From Octopus vulgaris (Eukaryota), in the NCBI GenBank assembly GCA_951406725.2, contig OX597832.1, positions 59,706,001 to 59,770,000 of the forward strand: a stretch of DNA of 64,000 bases, written 5' to 3'. A program made the position numbers and the translations under genes. Under the pieces are notes generated by a model. That model saw only the letters and a list, made by a program, of their open reading frames with translations, made no database searches and was not told where the DNA came from. Positions 26,980 to 40,279 of the stretch are shown here, in pieces; position 1 is the first letter of the stretch, and the number at the start of each line of letters is the position of its first letter.

Positions 26980-27325
26980 CCGCAATGAAAAAGTATAAAT
27001 AAAATGCTGATGAAGTGTAATCAATAAGATGTATATTTAGCTAAGTTCCCCCCAAATCATTTAGTTAAGATATACGAATGTATTAAGGTCTTTTTCCTTT
27101 TACCAGTCTCCAAGGTCGAAGCGCCCTTCATGACAGATCATATGTAAACTCCCAAGTTTTGCAATCTGCTGAACTGTAAGTAGAGACCATGGTGTTGAAA
27201 CTCACCGCTGGACGGGGGCGCTTCAGTTCTGCTAGACTGGTTAGGGATTTGTTTGCTTGTAGTGCATTATTCAGTCCCTCATATGGGAAGCTTCTTGAAA
27301 GCGACTGTCTTCACATCCAGGGGTG
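26980..27325. repeat. Diverged direct repeat, copy 2
   Basis: See 24340-24695. Confidence 0.85.
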
Positions 27326-27441
27326 GAAATTTGTTTTTTTTATTGTTGTATATGTTTTACATACTTAGTTTTATTATTTAAACTGCCCTATACAGAAAAT
27401 TACAGAATTGCTGAGACATGCGCAAAATGATATTTTATAAT

Positions 27442-27500
<59 letters not shown>

Positions 27501-27523
27501 GCTACTACCACTACCACTACTAC

Positions 27524-27557
<34 letters not shown>

Positions 27558-27857
27558 TCTACTACTACTACTACTACCACTACTACTACCACTACTACTA
27601 CAACTACTGCTGCTGCTGCTACTACTGTTGCTGCTTCTGCTACTACTATTACCACCGCTGTTGCTGTTACTGCTACTATGAAATATAGAAATAAAGAGGG
27701 GAGAGAAAGAGAGAGAGGTGTTGGGGAGAGGAGTGGAATCGTAAATTTCTTTTCATAATTTATATAAATATTCCAGTTCAGACTCAGACATCATTAATTT
27801 TAAGTAAAATAAAATAAAATATAACAAAATAAAATAACATAACATGAAATAAAACAA

Positions 27858-28030
27858 CGCTTTAGAAACGTTAATCTCTAATAAATATCTTCTTAAATGA
27901 AAGTTATTTGCCATTTCCTTCCAGAAAATATAGTTGGACATTGGCATCGTTCATACGATTACTGATTCTTGCCAAATCGTCGGCATACTCTGCTTTTTGA
28001 ATTCTTTGGCTGGAGTATCTACGAATTGTT
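27858..28030 (-). pseudogene. Non-LTR retrotransposon reverse transcriptase fragment
   Basis: Translates RRYSSQRIQKAEYADDLARISNRMNDANVQLYFLE, then in another frame EINVSK: the YADD catalytic motif plus the downstream IN..K motif. Confidence 0.7.
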
Positions 28031-28151
28031 TTCTGTGAAACAGTTAAATGGTGTTGAATTTTGGAGTCCAGTATTTTTCTTAGTACATAACAGAGGCACT
28101 TAGCGGAAAGGTAGGGTACAAGTGTGACGCCTTGCAGTACAACGGCAGTAA

Positions 28152-28716
28152 TCTTTTTTACTCTAGTCAGAAGGCCCGAAATTTGTGGGGTGGAGGCCAG
28201 TCGATTAGATCAACGCCAGTACGCAACTGATACTTAATTTATCGACCCCGAAAGTATGAAAGGCAAAGTCGACCTCGGCGGAACTGGAACTCAGAACGTA
28301 AAGACAGATGAAATACCGCTCAGTATTTTGCCCGGCGCGCTAAAATTTCAACCAGCTCGTCGCCTTAACAGCGGCAGTAATCTGTTCTACTCTAGGCACA
28401 ACGCCTGAAATCTGGTGGGATAGAGGCCAGTCGATTAGCTCGACCCCAGTACCTAACTGGTGCTTAATTTATCGACCTCGAAAGGATTTCTTTACTGCCC
28501 ACAAGGGGTTAGACACAGAGGGAACAAACGAGGACAGACACAGGGATTAAGTTGATTATATCGACCCCAGAGAGTAACTGGTACTTATTTAATCGACCCC
28601 CGAAAGGATGAAAGGCAAAGTCGACCTAGGCGGAATTTGAACTCAGAACGTAGCGGCAGACGAAATACCGCTAAGCATTTAGCCCGGCGCGCTAAGGTTT
28701 CTGCCAGCTCGCCGCC
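28152..28716 (-). mobile_element. Two stacked SINE family A copies at one target site
   Basis: Copies at about 28155-28367 and 28382-28716; CGCCTTGCAGTACAACGGCAGTAA at 28128-28151 and 28713-28736; partial third copy CAGCGGCAGTAA near 28369. Confidence 0.9.
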
Positions 28717-28999
28717 TTGCAGTACAACGGCAGTAACTTGAATGAAGCCTGTTTCCGTCAGCGGATTGAACTTTAGAACTTTCAGCTTCGAATTTTCCAG
28801 AAGAAACCTAAATCAATAGTTTTGTAGAACTGTTGTTGTTGCTGTTGTTTTTGTTTCTGTTGTTGTTGTTGCAGTTTCATGTTTTACGGTTTGTTGCGCG
28901 TTTGCATTTTGCTTGTAGCAATTGTTATTCTTCTTGCTAACCCAGAGGTGTGTCCTGACCTATGAGCAGAGGGTTTCCAATCATAACTCTTCCCTCTCC

Positions 29000-29046
<47 letters not shown>

Positions 29047-29084
29047 TTCGGACACTATACCTTTGTTTTTTTTATTTCCTATAA

Positions 29085-29255
29085 TCGTTTTTTCAATCAT
29101 TGGACTGCAGCCTTGAATGGTATAATGGAACAAATCGATCTTGTTGGTACTTACACTATCGATCCTTTTTTCCCAACTGCTAAGCTACAGTGAGGTAAAG
29201 AAACCAACGCCAATAGTCAACCGGTAGCGGACAAACAGACACATACACACACACA

Positions 29256-29297
<42 letters not shown>

Positions 29298-29430
29298 CAC
29301 ACACACACACATATGTATGCATTTTTGTATGTATGTATGTATGCATGTACATGACGGGCTTCTTTCAGTTTCCATCAGCCAAATCCTCTCACAAGACTTT
29401 GGTCAGTCTAGGGTCGTTGTAGAAAGTGAT
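29085..29430 (-). mobile_element. Decayed SINE family B
   Basis: ACGGGCTTCTTTCAGTTTCC...CACAAGACTTTGGTC. Confidence 0.7.
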
Positions 29431-29514
29431 TTTGGCTGCTGTTTCTAACGTATCGAATCTCCCCCCAAAGACACCCTTTTCGTTGGTTCATTTTTGCAGG
29501 CGTTGCTGTTGCTG

Positions 29515-29901
29515 CTTTGTTTGTTTGTTTGTATGTTGAGCGAAGCGGTCTTCGTCCCAGAGTGGGAGAAATCCGAAACGTGGTCCTTTGCTATTCGTAA
29601 GACCCGCAGAAGAGAAAGCAGGTCAACCCCCGACATCGAGAGCATCGACGGATGGATGAATGCGCATCCAGCCTCAGCGGTTGCGTAGGAAGTTGGGGAC
29701 AAGAAACAGGAAGAAAGAGTGAGAGAAAGTTGGGAGCGAAAGAGTACAACAGGGATTGCCACCACCCACTGACGGAGCCTCGTGGACCTTTAGGCGTTTT
29801 CGCTCAATAAACACCCACAACGCCCTGCCCTGTCTGGCAATCGAAACCGCGATCCTCCGACCGCGAGTCCGCTGCCCTAACCACTGGGCCGTTGCGCCTC
29901 C
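29515..29901 (-). mobile_element. tRNA-derived SINE family D variant with a different 3' half
   Basis: Head and CAACTTTCTCTCACTCTTTC shared with 9341-9642; unrelated tail ending in (CAAA)n. Confidence 0.85.
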
Positions 29902-29962
29902 ACTGCTCTGTTGCTGCTGGTTCTGTTGTTGTTGTTGTTGTTGTTGTTGTTGCTGCTGCTGC

Positions 29963-30026
<64 letters not shown>

Positions 30027-31743
30027 GAGGTGGTGGTGGAGTTATTACTGTTGAAGTTGTTGCTGATGTTGCTTGGTTTGTGTTGTTCCTAGCGATGTTG
30101 TAGTTATTATTGCTGACGTTGCCGCGGTTTCTTTGCCTGCCACTGTTACTCATTCTATTGCTGCTGTTGTTGCTGCTGCTGCTCCTTTTCCAGCAACTAT
30201 AACTTGCTGTTGTTTTTACTGCCATTGCTATTGCTGTTGTTGTTCTTGTTTTGAGTCCGTTGCTGCTGTTCTTGTTTTGCTCCTTGTACCAGTTGGCTTC
30301 ATGCTGTTTCCATAACTGTGGTTGTTGTTGTTGCTGTTGCTGCTGCTGCTGCTATTATTTTTGTTGTTGTTGTTGTTCCTTCTGACTCTGTTAGCCCCTT
30401 ACAATGATATATAATTTGGTACAAAAACAAACAGAGCCCCCAGGCTTCTTTCAACTCTTCAAGTCAAACACTTTTAAGGTTAGCGAAACACAAGCTGACC
30501 TCGTGTCTCTCATTATAGTCTTTCCTCCACCTCCGCCGCCACCACCACCACCACCAGCAACAACACCCCCCACCGCCACCATCTCTACAGACATACCATT
30601 ATTTTTTTTCCAACCGCCACCGCTACCATCTTTATAAACATACCATTATTTTTTTTCTTCCACCTCCACCACCACCACCACCAACAACAACACCGCCACC
30701 ATCTTTACAGACACACCATTATTTTTTTTATTCCTCTTCCACCACCACCACCACCACCACCACCACCACCACCACCACCACCACCACCACCACCACCACA
30801 ACCACCACAACCACCACCACCACCACCACCACCACCACCACCACCACCACCACCACCACCACCACCACCACCACCACCACCACCACCACCACCACCACCA
30901 CCACCACCACCACAAACACCACCACCACCACCACCACTAATACACCCCTCCTGTTATGTGCAACCATTTCTTTCTTTCTTTTCGTCCTTTCTATTCCTTC
31001 GTCACTTCTTATGTTTCTTTCTCGATTCCTATTTCCATTCCGCTTTCGACTAATCACTCTCTCACTCACTCTCTCTCTCTCTCTTTCTCTCTCTCTCCCT
31101 CCTCTCCCTTCTTTTCTTCCCACTTTCTCTCTCTTCTTTTCTCTTCCACCCCCTTCTTTCTCTCACTCTCCCCCTCTCTCTCTCCCTCCTCTCCCTTCCT
31201 TCCCACTTTCTCTCTCTTCTTTTCTCTTCCACCCCCTTCTTTCTCTCACTCTCTCTCTCTCTCTCTCTTTGACATTTTAACCCTCTCACTTGTTACATTC
31301 CTTACATTTAGCTTCTTTTCTTCTTTTCTTCATCATTCGTTAAATGAAACTCATTCCTTTCTTTCTTCTCTCCACTTTCTTCCCTCCTCTCCCCAACTTC
31401 CCCCCTCTCCCCCTCTCTCTCTCTCTCTCTTCGCTTCCATCTTTCTTATCTTTCTATTGTCTTTCTCTTTCTCACAGATATTTTACTAGTCCTTTTTTTC
31501 ATGTGTGTGTGTGTGTGTTTACAAAACGTAACCCATTTCTTTCTACGCTTCAGGCACGCACACATACACACACATGCGCACAACTCCTTCTCTCTTCGTC
31601 GCTCTCTTGTTTTCTTAAATTGAATTTCATTTTTTTGTTGTTGTTTATTTTTTGTATAACATTTACTAGTTTTCCTTCTCATTTCCTCTTCTATGCGTTC
31701 AATTTCATCTGGTACTAGTTCTGTTTCTGTTACTTCTTTACAG

Positions 31744-31823
<80 letters not shown>

Positions 31824-31957
31824 ATGCATATATTCGGCAGACATACACGAACCCACACACATGCGCAACCTACACAACATGCACACAAACAGAAACACAG
31901 ATGCAACATATGTGTGTGTACGTGTGTGTGTGTGCGTGTTTATGGATGGATGGATGG

Positions 31958-32010
<53 letters not shown>

Positions 32011-32056
32011 GACAGACAGATACATACATGCATACATATATACAAACAAAAATACT

Positions 32057-32162
32057 CTGTTGTTGATGTTGAAATTCCAATGAAGGAGTCTTGGATCTAG
32101 GTTAGAAACCGGTTCTTCCTCTATTGGCAAGAAACCTTGAAATAAAACTGAACAATGACATA
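32057..32162 (+). repeat. Interspersed unit of about 105 bp ending in (CATA)n; further copies at 48450, 48968, 49185 and 49440
   Basis: CTGTTG.TG.TGTTGAAATTCCAATGAAGGAG.CTTGGATCTAGGTTAGAAACCGG.TCTT.CTCTATTGGCAAGAAA.CTTGAAATAAAACTGAA.AATGACATAC. Confidence 0.85.
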
Positions 32163-32221
32163 CATATATGCGAGCGTAAATAGAGATAGAGACAGACAGA
32201 CAGAATAAAAGATACACACAC

Positions 32222-32385
<164 letters not shown>

Positions 32386-32431
32386 GTAGGTAGATAGATA
32401 GATAGGTAGATAGATAGACAGATAGAGAGAG

Positions 32432-32490
<59 letters not shown>

Positions 32491-32899
32491 AAAAAGGGAA
32501 AGAGAGAGAAAGATATCTAAATAGGCATACTGTTGTCAGTTTTTGGTAAACACGCATTTTTAATCGCGTGGTAACATTAATTCCAGTATTTCGTTTTTTC
32601 TTCCTCCAAACGTCGAAACAGACAATGGAAAATAAAAAAAAAAGGAAAGGAAAGGAAATGGAAGTCTCCCTATCGAGTTTAAATAACTTTTATATTTTAG
32701 AAGTCGGTTCCTGATTTTTCTGACCACAAACAAAAGAAAAATGGAAGCTTGTAGCGATTTGTAGTACATGCACAGTCGAATAGAACTAAATTGGGGGTTC
32801 TAAATTTATGTAATAGAGTATTGGACTCAGACCTTTGTGGCCATGAAAACACACACACATGCACAGACACACACGTACGCACACATATACATATAGTGC

Positions 32900-32949
<50 letters not shown>

Positions 32950-33168
32950 CTAATGTAGGATAAAATTTTTTTCGGGAAAAAAATTTTATCAATGGCCAGC
33001 ATATCAAAAAATACCTTTAAAGGTTAAATTTATAAATAATTTACAAGATAAGGGCAAAAGAAAAATTCTAATGCCAAATATGCCGAAAAAAAAGACAAAA
33101 ATTGTCAATAACCATTATAATTTATGCATCTCGAAACAAACCGATAGAAATTTCTAAAAAATTCGTTA

Positions 33169-33229
33169 TTACCGTATTGGTCCAATTTCGGGGTTAATTC
33201 ATAAGAAATTTTCCCCTCTTCAGCGGCAA
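33169..33229 (-). ncRNA. Type I hammerhead ribozyme (mirror copy)
   Basis: Exact reverse complement of 33272-33332. Confidence 0.8.
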
Positions 33230-33271
33230 ATACGCGAGATATAAGTGAAATTTCACTTATATCTCGCGTAT

Positions 33272-33332
33272 TTGCCGCTGAAGAGGGGAAAATTTCTTAT
33301 GAATTAACCCCGAAATTGGACCAATACGGTAA
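33272..33332 (+). ncRNA. Type I hammerhead ribozyme
   Basis: Stem I TTGCCG/CGGTAA; core CTGAAGA (33278-33284); stem II GGGG/CCCC; GAAA (33312-33315); stem III ATTG-GAC-CAAT; AUA triplet, predicted cut after 33326. Confidence 0.8.
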
Positions 33333-33456
33333 TAACGAATTTTTTAGAAATTTCTATCGGTTTGTTTCGAGATGCATAAATTATAATGGTTATTTGACAA
33401 TTTTTGCCTTTTTTCGGCATATTTGGCATTAGAATTTTTCTTTTGCCCTTATCTTG

Positions 33457-33536
<80 letters not shown>

Positions 33537-33549
33537 TAAACATAGCTTT

Positions 33550-33770
33550 TATTTTCTACTTATGTCAGTGAATAGACTGCGGCCAGGCTGTGGCTCTGGC
33601 TTAAAGGGTTTAGTCGAACCAATTGGCCCTTGTAGATTTTTTGTAAAACTTGGTACTTATACTTTTAGTTGTCTTTTGATTAATTTTTTATGTCACGGAG
33701 ATATAAACAAACCAACGCCGGTTGTCGTACGGTGATGGATCACAAACAAAAGTACAATCACACACACACA
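33550..33770 (-). mobile_element. Decayed SINE family B 3' part
   Basis: AGACTGCGGCCA.GCTG...TTTAGTCGAAC...GGTACTTAT...TAAACAAACCAAC. Confidence 0.6.
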
Positions 33771-33783
33771 TGCATATGTGTTC

Positions 33784-33822
<39 letters not shown>

Positions 33823-33826
33823 CATA

Positions 33827-34529
33827 CAGGATGCGGTGAATAAATTTTCGTTTAAATTACGCAAAAATGAAAATGTCGCTGACATCTCGTTTTAACAGAT
33901 ATATTTACAAAAGTTGCTTTAAAATATCTTGAAATACTAACGAGTAAATTTATTCAATAAAATCGCCATTGGCTTCAAACACAGCCTCTAGATGACTTCG
34001 GAATTTCCTTCAGCTCTTCTTGGGAGTCTCCTTGTTTAAGTTGGTGAATGCTGCCATAATCCGTACCTTCAATTTATCTTTGGTTTAACAAGGAATTTTG
34101 TTGGTCTCTCACTCTACTGCGCCCCACTGCGCCTCGCTGCGCCCAACATATAATGATCAGTCTGGGGAGTTAGATGGCCAGATGTTAGAGGTAATTTGGT
34201 CTCAGAAATTGTCTGACAGCCATGACTGGTTTCTCCTGCTTGTGTGGCATGGTGCGGAGTCCTGTTGGCAGACATAGTGTCTTCCAGCAGCCACCCTCTT
34301 CATTTCAGACACTTGATGTAGGACTCCGTGATAAGTCTGAGGTTTTGTGGAAATGGTAAATGGAGGTATAACGTCGCCATCACTAGTGATCACTCCAAAC
34401 ATCATGATGTTGACTGGATATTTGACTTTTATCATTCTCAGTACATGTCCTGAGATTGCACTCTTCTCGGATTGAAACTTAAACACTCTAAAATGTTCGT
34501 ATTGGAGCGCTCAATTTAATTTGTCGTGC

Positions 34530-34563
<34 letters not shown>

Positions 34564-34690
34564 TCTGACAGACTGTATTGCCTCATAGTGCTGTTTTTCT
34601 CGCAGATGGTGTCCAACTGACCCTACTATACTGTGTTGTCGACAAAACCAAAACAAACAATGTGCATGCGCGAAACTTTTCATATCTCAC
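33827..34690 (-). mobile_element. Fossil Tc1/mariner DNA transposon, DD37D (maT)-like, internally deleted
   Basis: Peptides IMMFGVITSDGDVIPP, QQDSAPCHTSRRNQSWLSDNF, WPSNSPD and HLEAVFEANGDFIE*, with stops and frameshifts; TA|CAGG terminus at 33827. Confidence 0.85.
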
Positions 34691-34992
34691 CAAGCAGATA
34701 ACAAAAATTAGTATTTATTAATTACAGCCTGGTGAAGACATATACTGAAAAGATTTTATGTCCCGGATTAATGTAATATATATATACATATTCATTTTAT
34801 ATGATATATTAGAGAACTGCTCAAGAACCCAACGCGCTCTTCGGTCCGGAAATCGATTGTTCGATCTGGCAATTGTTAGTGCAACACCCTGACATTTAGT
34901 TCACGCAACTATATATATATATATAGTTGTGTGAGTGTATAGTTATGGCATAGACTGTTAAGATCGTAGTAGAGTGAAGTATATATGCATAC

Positions 34993-35042
<50 letters not shown>

Positions 35043-35587
35043 ACATAAATATAATGTACATGCAAGCTTAACATGTCTACTTGTTTATTTCTCAATCTAG
35101 GAAATAGATAGCAGCCTTTGATATAGGGCCATTGGTTGGCAAACTGAAATACATTATTTTCTTTATTCTATATTCATCGTAACATTTATATCTTTCATCA
35201 GCATGCCTTCAAGCTATGACTGGATAAGTTCAATTAAAAGCCATGTTTTCTTGATTATCCGCCAATAAACTAAACTAATCTTTTCATCCCCCCACCCAAT
35301 AACACTACCAGATCTCGTCTTAACTCAACCCTTCCTCCCGTGCCTCCCTGCTCGCATTCCTTTGTTACGTAGACATAGAGCGAGCGATTTTTATTCGGAG
35401 ACACCACACAGACAGTTTATTCAGTAGATTCATTAATATATGCATGTCTATCAACAGAATGAAAAACCTAGCAATGGTGGCACACTATAAACCGTAAGAT
35501 TATCTAAAAAGAATCACACGAGATATTATCTTCTCTGTGTTTTGTTGTTGTTGCTGCTGCTGTTGTTGTTGTTGTTGTTGTTGTTGT

Positions 35588-35687
<100 letters not shown>

Positions 35688-35806
35688 AGGATTGTAGTAA
35701 TCGACCACTAATATAATGAGAAGCATTCTATCGGTGACCTCCTTCGTTTTAATGCATAGAACACACACAGACCCCCCCCCCCGACGCCCACACACACATA
35801 TACATA

Positions 35807-35913
<107 letters not shown>

Positions 35914-35967
35914 GTGTGTGTGTGTGGGTGGGTGTCAGAGGTTTTCTCTCTCTCTCTACACACACAC

Positions 35968-35998
<31 letters not shown>

Positions 35999-36004
35999 TG
36001 GAGT

Positions 36005-36336
36005 GAAGGCGCATGGCTCAGTGGTTAGAGCGTAGAGCTTACGATCATGAGGTTGTGAGCTCGAATCCCGGACCGGGCTGTGTGTTGTGTTCTTGAGCAA
36101 AGCACTTTATTTCACGTTGCTCCAGTTCACTCAGCTGTAGAAATGAGTTGCGACGTCACTGGTGCCAAGCTGTATCGACCTTTGTCTTTCCCTTGGATAA
36201 CACTGGTGGCGTGGAGAGGGGAGGCTGGTATGCATGGGCGACTGCTGGTCTTCCATAAACAACCTTGCCCGGACTTGTGTCTAGGAGGGTAACTTTCTAG
36301 GTGCAATCCCATGGTCATTCATGACCGAAGGGGGTC
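36005..36336 (+). mobile_element. tRNA-derived SINE family C, full length
   Basis: A-box TGGCTCAGTGG, B-box-like GCTCGAATCC, then TGTGTTCTTGAGCAAAGCACTT. Confidence 0.9.
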
Positions 36337-36463
36337 AGATATATATATATATATACATATATATATGTGTGTGGGGGGTGGTGTCAGAGGTTTTCTCTCT
36401 CTCTCTACACACACATATATATATATATAGAGAGAGAGAGAGAGGGAGAGACAGAGAGAGAGA

Positions 36464-36590
36464 TACATTATTTACAATTGACAGACATTGGTCTTCTTCT
36501 TGTTTGTTGTTAACACAACGTTTCGGCTGATATACCCTCCGGAAATTTCGAACCTTGGTTCTCATTCCTAAGCTATTTTTCGATGTTGTT
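36464..36590 (-). mobile_element. Hammerhead-tailed element copy with the CUGANGA core deleted
   Basis: Matches 47460-47606 and 62320-62398 but lacks about 21 nt (AGCCTTC.TCAGGTGTCTTGG). Confidence 0.8.
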
Positions 36591-37181
36591 GTCTCGTTGC
36601 ATCCTTACAGCATGGTCTTGCTCCAATTTTTTCATGCAAAAAATTCATTACACAATCACAAGAACTTACTACATTTTAGATGAATGCCTTTCAAATGATG
36701 CCAATACCTCTTGGGCCAGGAATATTGTTTCACTCGTTGTCGTACGCAAGTAACTTAAAAGAATACTTAAACGGAGCTTCATGAAAATGAGCTTAACGAA
36801 AAAAATTTTAAATATAGTTCTTTAAAGGTAAAAGTTTCTTAAATCCATGCTTTTCGTTTCCAAGATGCTGTACGGATTACTCGAAAACTGTTTTATTTTT
36901 TTGTAATCACCGTCTATTGCAGTGCTTGAGGTTATATGATATTGTTAATATTTTTTCCATATGTTTTGCTGGTTTTTTTGTGTGTGTGTGTTTATATAGT
37001 GTGTCAGCAGCTAAGACTAAGAAATGTCAGATGAAGTTACAAAGCCTGCGACGTCCATGAAAGGGTGAGGCACGAGGCAACGAAAATTAAAGAAAGAAAA
37101 GGAGAAAGAAGAAGAAGAAGAAGAAGAAGAAGAAGAAGAAGAAGAAGAAGAAGAAGAAGAAGAAGAAAAAGAAAAAGATGG

Positions 37182-37219
<38 letters not shown>

Positions 37220-37258
37220 CAGGAGAAGATGATGATACAGGTGAAGAAGAAGTATATG

Positions 37259-37308
<50 letters not shown>

Positions 37309-37378
37309 GCAGGAGAAGAAGGTGATGTTACAGGTGAAGATGAAGAAGAAGAAGAAGATGATGATGATGATGATGATG

Positions 37379-37453
<75 letters not shown>

Positions 37454-37486
37454 CAGGAGAAGAAGATGATGATGATGATGCACATG

Positions 37487-37518
<32 letters not shown>

Positions 37519-38041
37519 GAAGAAGAAGAAGAAGAAGAAGAAGGAGTTGATGATGATGATGAAGAAGAAGAAGAAATCGACTATGTCTGTGTAAGATTGT
37601 CTTTCAAATTGGAGTATCCGTCCATCCACCCATCCATTCAATCACACCCTCCATACATACATTCATACACATAGACACATACATGTGTGTGTGTGTGATG
37701 TGTGTGTGTATGCATTGATACATGCAACTGTGTATGTAATCGCCAATTTAATACATATTCCAAAATGGAGTATGAGTAAATAGAAGGAAAAGTGAAAATT
37801 AGAAGGGTTGGTGCTACGTGAACACAGGTAGAACCAAATTTAGTAATGGCATCAATATAAGCGCACAGATTTCCTCTAAATCTATCCACACAACTGTGAA
37901 AGTACATATGTATATGTGTATGCATGCATTCATGGTTGTATATATATATATATATATGTGTGTGTATGTGTATATATACATATATATATATGTGTGTGTA
38001 TATATGTATATTCATATCTAAATGTATATATACGTATAGAT

Positions 38042-38079
<38 letters not shown>

Positions 38080-38454
38080 ATGTATATATATATATGTATG
38101 TATATAGGTATTATGTATATATATATATATTATAATGTATATATATATGTATGCATTTATATATGTATGTATATATATATATATATTTGAGGTATATCTT
38201 TTAATATAAATGATATACACAAAGTCAAGTTTATTTATCAAGATTTAATGAGAGGTAGACAGGGGAACATGGTGTACGTGTGAATGTATAGTTTTCTGTA
38301 TGCATATAGATATTTACATGCATGCACACATGCATACGTATGTGTGCATGCGTGTTTAAGTATATGCATATCATTCGCACACGAATGTGCTTAAGATGCA
38401 TACACATACACATATGTATATATGTACATATACATACTTATATACATATATTTA

Positions 38455-38548
<94 letters not shown>

Positions 38549-39097
38549 TACATACATACACATGCCTTTGCAATGGTTGTCATTATCCAACATTTACCGG
38601 CTGGTGATTCAGTTTGGCAAGTAAACAAATGGAGCTACATTACACTCAGCTTCATTAACAGGGCCCCAATATCGCTGTCAAGTCTGATGAGTTAACCGAA
38701 TTGTTTCCACCCCACCAAACAAAGCCCCTACTCGATTTCTAAGTGATCTACTAACAGACTTTTACGTAAGACCGTTACGATAACATAAACACAGCAAAGG
38801 GATGTCACTATGCCGCTTACATTCAGGTGAACTTGAATTTCTCCAGTGGGGAAACAAAACAAATAATGATAGCAGCAACAGCGACAACAACAACAACAAG
38901 AACAACAACAACAACAGCAACAACAATAATAATCATAATACTGAGAAGAAGAAGAAGAAGAAGAAGAAGAAGAAGAAGAAGAAGAAGAAGAAGAAGAAGA
39001 AGAAGAAGAAGAAGAAGAAGAAGAAGAAGAAGAAGAAGAAGAAGAAGAAGAAGAAGAAGAAGAAGAAGAAGAAACAATAATAATAACAGAAATACGC

Positions 39098-39540
39098 CCA
39101 AGTTTCGCTGCATCTATTACAGATGTCATACAGAACTCAGAGCAGATACCTGCCTGGCTGAACGAAGGAACATCATCCTTTCTACCAAAAACTGAAGACA
39201 CAAAACTATTCAAAGAACTACCGGCCAAATAACATGTCTCAACACCATGTACAACATCCTCACATCCGTATTAACTGACGGAATATACGCATTCCTTGAA
39301 CAGAGACCTATACTCCCACAAGCTCAAAAAGGCTGTAAAAGGAATTCCTATGGGTGCAAAGATCAATTACTCACAAATAAAATGATCGTAGAGAATTGCC
39401 GGAGCAAAAATAACCTGAGTGTGACATGGATAGACTACAGGAAAGCGTTTGATAGTGCACCAAATAATTGGATACTTAAGGCCTTTGAGATATATAAGAC
39501 CTCTCCAGTCATTTTCAAATTCTTACAAAGTAGCATGGTG
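39098..39540 (+). pseudogene. Non-LTR retrotransposon RT fragment, R4/Dong-like
   Basis: IPAWLNEGTSSFLPKTEDTKLFKNYRP/(frameshift)ITCLNTMYNILTS...QKGCKRNSYGCKDQLL...WIDYRKAFDS; RT domains 0-3 typical of the R4/Dong clade. Confidence 0.85.
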
Positions 39541-40113
39541 TACTACCTCCTAGTATACCGTCTACAGTATTATTATTATTGTATCGGAATTCTATCGAAT
39601 TTTGAAGAAGGATTTGAATTCATAACGAAAAGGGAGGTAACCAAAAGCCACAAGCAATTATTTCTAGCGATTTCGCCATGTTCCTCGCACACAAGAATAA
39701 CAAACAATCTGTCTATTTTTACGGATGAAATAAAATATTCGAATGAATTGACACCAGTAAATTACTGGCAGGTTATTTTAACGATTCTGTCGGGAATGAA
39801 AAGCCAAGTAATTACTTCTGTAAGGAAGCATTAAAATTTGGAGGTAAAATACATGAAAGTAAATACTCGTAAGTTGTTTTACAAACATCTACGTTCTGAT
39901 ATTCAGATGTTGCCAACACGTTAATGCGATAGCCTTGACATGTCTCTCGATGTTGCACAGCGGTGCCCTGACATCTAATCACCTCTAGAAAGCATATACG
40001 GGTGGAGGGGGTGGAGGGGGGGGGGGGGGAAGAAAAAACAAAAAAATAACAACGACGGAGACAACGACCGAGGATAATCAAGAAACACACACGCACGGCA
40101 CCACCGCCACCAC

Positions 40114-40279
<166 letters not shown>

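Larger units (their letters stand above)
33038..33463. repeat. Spacerless palindrome of about 425 bp centred at 33250/33251
   Basis: ...GATATAAGTGAAA|TTTCACTTATATC...; arms match apart from a few differences in the outer third. Confidence 0.97.

Noticed and set aside
36005-36080. Functional tRNA genes (also at 9341, 43062 and 47815)
   Set aside because: No proper acceptor stem or cloverleaf; each continues into a repeated SINE body
38680-38705. CTGATGAGTTAACCGAAT hammerhead-like motif
   Set aside because: GAAA is incomplete and the helices are missing
39541-39834. C-terminal half of the 195-aa ORF as part of the RT
   Set aside because: RT similarity stops near 39540; the rest is read-through into unrelated sequence
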